Positions 16,006 to 20,000 of a stretch of 20,000 bases of DNA are shown here, piece by piece. Position 1 is the first letter of the stretch; the number at the start of each line of letters is the position of its first letter. A program made the position numbers and the translations under genes. Origin of the DNA: an uncultured virus (IMG/VR IMGVR_UViG_3300020438_000022) (lineage: Duplodnaviria; Heunggongvirae; Uroviricota; Caudoviricetes); IMG/VR virus record IMGVR_UViG_3300020438_000022; one strand, 5' to 3'. The notes below the pieces were generated by a model. It did no database searches. It saw only the letters and a program-made list of their open reading frames with translations, and had not been told where the DNA came from.

Positions 16006-16999
16006 TAATAGCGGCTGCCTTTATATCTGAATCAATCATATCTCCTATCAATTCATCAAAAGATGTATTAGGTTCCCAAGATAATTGTTTTCTAGCTTTA
16101 CTATTTTTACCTTTTAAATAGTCTACCTCACAAGGTCTATATAAAGACTGATCTATCTCAACGTAAGAACGATAATCTAATCCTACATGATCAAAGGCTT
16201 TCTTTACAAAATCTAAAACGCTCCAAGTTTCTTCTGTACAAATAACATAGTCATCTGGTGAAGATTGTTGTAGCATTAAATACATAGCTTCTACATAGTC
16301 TTTAGCATGACCCCAATCTCTTTTAGCTGATAGATTACCTAGCTTCAATGTCTCACTAGTTTTAGAAGACATCAAATCTCCTATATACTTTGTAATTTTT
16401 CTAGTAACAAAATTTTCACCTCTACGAGGACTTTCATGATTAAACAAAATACCACTACAAGCAAACAAGCCATAACTTTCTCTATAAATTTGTAACATTC
16501 GATGACTTGCTAACTTTGCAATTCCGTATGGACTTTGTGGTAACATATTTGTATTTTCGTCTTGATATTTATCTCCACTATCATCCACATCATAATTCAT
16601 ACCAAACATTTCACTGGTACTGGCTTGATAAAATTTAGTAGTAGAAGAGTAAGTTTTTATAGCTTCTAAGATATTAATCACACCTAAGGTATTAATACAT
16701 ATTGTAGTAGTCGGTTGAGAAAAACTAGTTTTGACATGACTCTGTGCAGCTAAATTATAAAATTCTTCTGGCTGATATTTATCAATAGTTTTAATAACAT
16801 TAGTAGGATCTGTTAAATCAAATTCTTCTAGTGTGAAATTTGGATCATCTAAAATATGTTCTATTCTATAATTATTATTAGTACTAGATCTTCTTTTTAA
16901 TCCTATTACTGTATAGTTTTTTAATAATAGTAATTCTGCTAAATAAGATCCGTCTTGTCCTGTAACTCCTGTAACTAATGCTAGTTTATTCGTTGTCAT
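15998..16999 (-). CDS. gmd: GDP-mannose 4,6-dehydratase
   Basis: TGVTGQDGSYLAELLL, YNLAAQSHV, FYQASTSEMFG, SPYGIAK, GILFNHESPRRG and GNLSAKRDWGHAKDYV are all intact. Confidence 0.97.
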   Translation of the reverse strand: MTTNKLALVTGVTGQDGSYLAELLLLKNYTVIGLKRRSSTNNNYRIEHILDDPNFTLEEFDLTDPTNVIKTIDKYQPEEFYNLAAQSHVKTSFSQPTTTICINTLGVINILEAIKTYSSTTKFYQASTSEMFGMNYDVDDSGDKYQDENTNMLPQSPYGIAKLASHRMLQIYRESYGLFACSGILFNHESPRRGENFVTRKITKYIGDLMSSKTSETLKLGNLSAKRDWGHAKDYVEAMYLMLQQSSPDDYVICTEETWSVLDFVKKAFDHVGLDYRSYVEIDQSLYRPCEVDYLKGKNSKARKQLSWEPNTSFDELIGDMIDSDIKAAAINV

Positions 17000-17825
17000 T
17001 ATTTTGTCCTTCTGTATCTTCTGGAATTAAAAAAGGTCTATCCACAGCATCATCTTGATATGTATGTAAGTCCTGTAGATCTGATTTAAATTTTTTTGAT
17101 GCCATCTTAAGAATTTCCATTTCTCTGCCTTCTTTTTCTCTAGTCGTTTCGTCTTCTAACATTCTTATCAATCCGGTCCAACTGCTTTTACCATCTTCTA
17201 TTCTTTTGATTCTCTGTTCTCTGGTAGCTTTTAAATCTTTACTAATTTTTTGTTGCTCGTTTAATAATTTAGTATACTCGTTAGTATAGTTAGCTATACT
17301 ATTACGAGCAAAACTCAACTGAGTTTCTAAATTAGTTAGCTTCGCTATATCTCGGTCATCCTCTGGTAAAACATATTCCGCATCTACTTGTTTTTGTAAT
17401 TTCTCCGTTTCTGCGATATGTCTTTTCCTTTCTTTCATACTTCTATTAATAAGTATGTCAATTGTAATAAATTGTTTTATTTGTAATTCCTCGGCTGGCA
17501 ATACGTCCTCTCTAAACTGCTTCACTAGTCCCACCCAGGTATCTTCGAAATATTGCAACTCACCTGTTTCATAGTCAAATTGTCTGACAATTTCGCTCCA
17601 AAACGTCTTGCTATGTAATTTATGTTTTAATAATTCGTTGATGCTTTTATCTGATTCATTTAGTAATAGCTGATTCTCTTTAATATATCTGGTAATAGGA
17701 CTCGCAGTCCGATTCAAAGATTCTGCTATCTCTTCGATAGATTGATTCTCAACATTTTCTCTGATATATTGTTCTTCTTCGAGGCTTAGTTGTCCTCGTT
17801 TTCGTGGCTGTCTTTTTGATGCCAT
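16986..17825 (-). CDS. HTH plus coiled-coil protein; candidate terminase small subunit
   Basis: 279 aa. N-terminal helix-turn-helix (LSLEEEQYIRENVENQSIEEIAESLNRTASPITRYI) followed by long heptad helices, in the same operon as terL. The TerS assignment is inference. Confidence 0.55.
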   Translation of the reverse strand: MASKRQPRKRGQLSLEEEQYIRENVENQSIEEIAESLNRTASPITRYIKENQLLLNESDKSINELLKHKLHSKTFWSEIVRQFDYETGELQYFEDTWVGLVKQFREDVLPAEELQIKQFITIDILINRSMKERKRHIAETEKLQKQVDAEYVLPEDDRDIAKLTNLETQLSFARNSIANYTNEYTKLLNEQQKISKDLKATREQRIKRIEDGKSSWTGLIRMLEDETTREKEGREMEILKMASKKFKSDLQDLHTYQDDAVDRPFLIPEDTEGQNNDNE

Positions 17826-18472
17826 TCATCACTCCTCAATAAATCTGATATGTGTTGCTTTAATTTATCTAGCTGTAACTTAGGCACTTTAATACCATGC
17901 TTTAGTTTTAAGTAAGATTCTCTATGGTCACATTGTATGTGTTTGTCTAAAAAATCTAAAATTTCTTTATTTTGTATATTTTCTAAAAGACCTTGATTGG
18001 TTTCATTGACATTATTATCTTCGATATATAATGGCTGTATTATATTTTTCTTAGATTCATTCCTTTTACTCCAAGCAGCATAAGATTCGCAATCTGATTT
18101 ATTCTTATATTCTTTGCATTGATTATCGGAACAGGAATATAATTTATCAAACAAAGGACAGTTAAAACAAGGTTTATCGGGCCTTTGATAATTATTCCGT
18201 TTAAAATTAAATAAACGATTCCTAACGTGTGTCCACAAAAAATTCTCCAATGGTCTTTTGCCATCGTATTTTTTTAGTCCTTCTAAAGCAAAAATAGCAG
18301 CCTGTTGCTTCATATCATTAATATCATGGTATGCAAACTTAAATTTATAACATAGTCTTTTACTAATATTATCTAAAACATCTAGAAATTCTTGATCTGT
18401 TACTTTATTATTCTGCTTTTTTGGACTGGTCTTCTTCTGTGTCTTCTTCTGTGTCTTTTTTTTCTTGGTCAT
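17786..18472 (-). CDS. Sigma-70-family-like phage sigma factor with a Cys-rich insertion
   Basis: DINDMKQQAAIFALEGLKKYDGKRPLENFLWTHVRNRLFNFKR fits sigma region 2. It is followed by a five-Cys cluster and a short region-4-like tail. Start codon uncertain because there is no clear SD. Confidence 0.72.
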   Translation of the reverse strand: MTKKKKTQKKTQKKTSPKKQNNKVTDQEFLDVLDNISKRLCYKFKFAYHDINDMKQQAAIFALEGLKKYDGKRPLENFLWTHVRNRLFNFKRNNYQRPDKPCFNCPLFDKLYSCSDNQCKEYKNKSDCESYAAWSKRNESKKNIIQPLYIEDNNVNETNQGLLENIQNKEILDFLDKHIQCDHRESYLKLKHGIKVPKLQLDKLKQHISDLLRSDEWHQKDSHENEDN

Positions 18473-18593
18473 TTAGTAAGCTGGCTATGCTTTTTCCTTC
18501 GGGTAGCTTTAAATCTGCACTTACATCTATACCGCTAGAATCTACTACATCTAAAATAGATCCAATTATATGATCAAAACTAGGTTTAGTCAT
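18408..18593 (-). CDS. Small acidic hypothetical protein (61 aa)
   Basis: Start revised to ATG 18593 (MTKPSFDH), which has SD AAGGAG and lies just downstream of a sigma70-like promoter. The 3' 65 nt overlap the sigma-like ORF. Confidence 0.6.
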   Translation of the reverse strand: MTKPSFDHIIGSILDVVDSSGIDVSADLKLPEGKSIASLLNDQEKKDTEEDTEEDQSKKAE

Positions 18594-18602
18594 TTTTTCT
18601 CC

Positions 18603-18633
18603 TTGCATAAAAGTTACCAATTCATAATATAAT
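18603..18633 (+). promoter_or_regulatory. Possible sigma70-type promoter for the plus-strand operon
   Basis: Perfect TATAAT at 18628-18633. The best -35 is TTGCAT at 18603-18608, with a non-optimal 19-nt spacer. Confidence 0.35.
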
Positions 18634-18656
18634 ATGAACAAATTACAACTTGTCAA
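18629..18656 (-). promoter_or_regulatory. Host sigma70-type promoter for the minus-strand operon
   Basis: Minus strand TTGACA (18651-18656), 16-nt spacer, TATTAT (18629-18634), 35 nt upstream of ATG 18593. Confidence 0.6.
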
Positions 18657-18683
18657 TAATTAATAACACCAAAAGAGGAATAT

Positions 18684-18926
18684 ATGGCTACTTATAAAAA
18701 ATGGTCAAATAGCGAAATTGAATATATTCGCAATAATCATGCTACTGTCTGCGATGAAGAACTAGCTGTAAAATTAAGCCAAATTACTGGAGAACATATC
18801 AGCACTTCTATGATTCGAAGACAAAGACGTAAGATTAAACTGGTCAAACCTCGTGGAAGACCTTTAAAAAATAAAAAGGTCGAAGAATACCCTACAGACA
18901 ACGTTGAGGATGTACCTACTGTATGA
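18684..18926 (+). CDS. Small DNA-binding protein (Myb/GcrA-like HTH plus AT-hook-like KPRGRP)
   Basis: 80 aa with SD AGAGGA. KWSNSEIEYIRNN...DEELAVKL...STSMIRRQRRKIKL followed by KPRGRPLK. Confidence 0.75.
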   Translation: MATYKKWSNSEIEYIRNNHATVCDEELAVKLSQITGEHISTSMIRRQRRKIKLVKPRGRPLKNKKVEEYPTDNVEDVPTV

Positions 18927-19855
18927 GTAATACTATTTTAATTACCGGTGGCTACGGATTTTTAGGTCAGTGGGTTTTTAAAAAACTGATAGATCATGGA
19001 TATAAGGAAAATGAAATTATAAGATTTCGGTCTAAGGACTTTGATCTAACAGAACAAAATGAAACCCGCAAACTTTTAAATAAGTATAAACCTAATACTG
19101 TAATCCATTTAGCTGCTAGGGTAGGAGGTATAGGGGCAAACAAGGAAAACCCCGGAAAGTTCTTTTACGATAATATGGCTATGGGAGTTAATATTATAGA
19201 AGCTTCTAGAACTCATAATGTTCAAGAATTTATCCAAGTTGGAACTGTTTGTTCCTATCCCAAATTTTGCCCCATACCTTTCAAAGAAACAGATTTGTGG
19301 AACGGATATCCAGAGGAAACAAATGCCCCATATGGAATAGCTAAAAAAGCGCTATATACAATGTTAGAAGGATATTGTAAACAATATAATTTTAATAGTA
19401 TGGTCTTTGTTCCTTGTAACTTATATGGACCTGGTGATAACTTTGATCCTAAAAGTAGCCATGTGATTCCTGCTCTTATTAAAAAAATAGTTTATGCTAA
19501 AAATAATGATATCGATAGCGTAGATTGTTGGGGAGATGGAAGTGCTACTAGAGAATTTTTGTATGTTAAGGATTGTGCAGAAATAATAGTAAAGTCTTTG
19601 GGGGAAATAGGTCAATATAGAATATGCAATATCGGTTCTGGTTTTGAAAAAGAGACGAGCATAAAGGATCTAGTATATAATATATGTAAGGTTGTAGGAT
19701 ATAAAGGGAATATTAATTGGCAAACGGATAAGCCAAATGGACAACCTAGACGTTTGGTAGACTCTAGTCAGTTGAATGGTTTTATAGACTATCAAGAGTT
19801 CACACCATTAGAACAAGGATTAAAAGAAACTATCGATTGGTATGTTTCTCAATAA
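18923..19855 (+). CDS. fcl: GDP-L-fucose synthase (GDP-4-keto-6-deoxymannose epimerase/reductase) family
   Basis: TGGYGFLG, HLAARVGGI, GTVCSYPK, YGIAK, NLYGPGDNF, SHVIPALI, WGDGSATREFLYV and KPNGQPRR. ATGA-coupled to the upstream gene. Confidence 0.95.
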   Translation: MSNTILITGGYGFLGQWVFKKLIDHGYKENEIIRFRSKDFDLTEQNETRKLLNKYKPNTVIHLAARVGGIGANKENPGKFFYDNMAMGVNIIEASRTHNVQEFIQVGTVCSYPKFCPIPFKETDLWNGYPEETNAPYGIAKKALYTMLEGYCKQYNFNSMVFVPCNLYGPGDNFDPKSSHVIPALIKKIVYAKNNDIDSVDCWGDGSATREFLYVKDCAEIIVKSLGEIGQYRICNIGSGFEKETSIKDLVYNICKVVGYKGNINWQTDKPNGQPRRLVDSSQLNGFIDYQEFTPLEQGLKETIDWYVSQ

Positions 19856-19858
19856 TAT

Positions 19859-20000
19859 ATGTGCGGAATAGTAGCTTATATAGGTAAGAATAATGCTGTA
19901 CCTTTTTTAATAGGTGGCTTAAAAAGATTAGAGTATAGGGGATATGATAGTGTGGGAATATCCTTTATAGAGAAAGATACTGGTCAAATTAAGACTATTA
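19859..20000 (+). CDS. glmS: Glutamine-fructose-6-phosphate aminotransferase, 5' part (runs off the window); missing from the ORF track
   Basis: Manual translation [36 protein letters not shown] shows the catalytic N-terminal Cys and the GlmS-specific LEYRGYDS motif. Confidence 0.93.
   Translation, partial: MCGIVAYIGKNNAVPFLIGGLKRLEYRGYDSVGISFIEKDTGQIKTI

Noticed and set aside
18594..18656. N-terminal extension of the 18408 ORF given in the track
   Set aside because: The track's start coincides with the TTGACA promoter box, and ATG 18593 has a strong SD.
18040..19615. Alternative-frame ORFs 18040..18264 (-) and 19421..19615 (-)
   Set aside because: They are short, lie wholly within the sigma-like gene or antisense to fcl, and have no recognisable motifs.
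1..20000. Stop-codon reassignment as seen in some large phages
   Set aside because: Genes are full length under the standard code, and TAA, TAG (517, 12636) and TGA (6699, 18926) all act as stops at sensible boundaries.
1..20000. tRNA, rRNA or other structured RNA genes
   Set aside because: Intergenic gaps are all under about 100 nt and are accounted for by RBS, promoter or terminator elements; no cloverleaf-like sequence was seen.

Overview
AT-rich, gene-dense segment of a large tailed dsDNA phage (Caudoviricetes) using the standard genetic code; the host cannot be determined from this window. Positions 1-18593 form one minus-strand block. In transcription order it holds a small acidic ORF, a sigma-70-family-like factor, an HTH/coiled-coil protein (terminase small subunit candidate), GDP-mannose 4,6-dehydratase, HNH and ERCC4 nucleases, a Cys-motif protein, terminase large subunit, portal, protease-scaffold, decoration protein and major capsid protein. 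After a terminator come two fibre proteins with Mtd-N-like N-termini, a probable head-tail adaptor and two paralogous beta-rich structural proteins. A divergent plus-strand operon (HTH/AT-hook protein, GDP-L-fucose synthase, GlmS) starts at 18684. Four observations stand out. (1) A recurrent GGTGTATW-N7-YAG element lies about 28-52 nt upstream of five structural-gene starts and is a plausible target for the atypical sigma factor. (2) One copy of it exposes an unannotated in-frame scaffold gene nested in the protease gene. (3) A nucleotide-sugar pathway (gmd/fcl/glmS) is interwoven with the packaging module. (4) The long fibre has a 57/69-aa higher-order repeat that is conserved in protein but heavily recoded in DNA. 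All functional calls come from motif recognition by eye, with no database searches.
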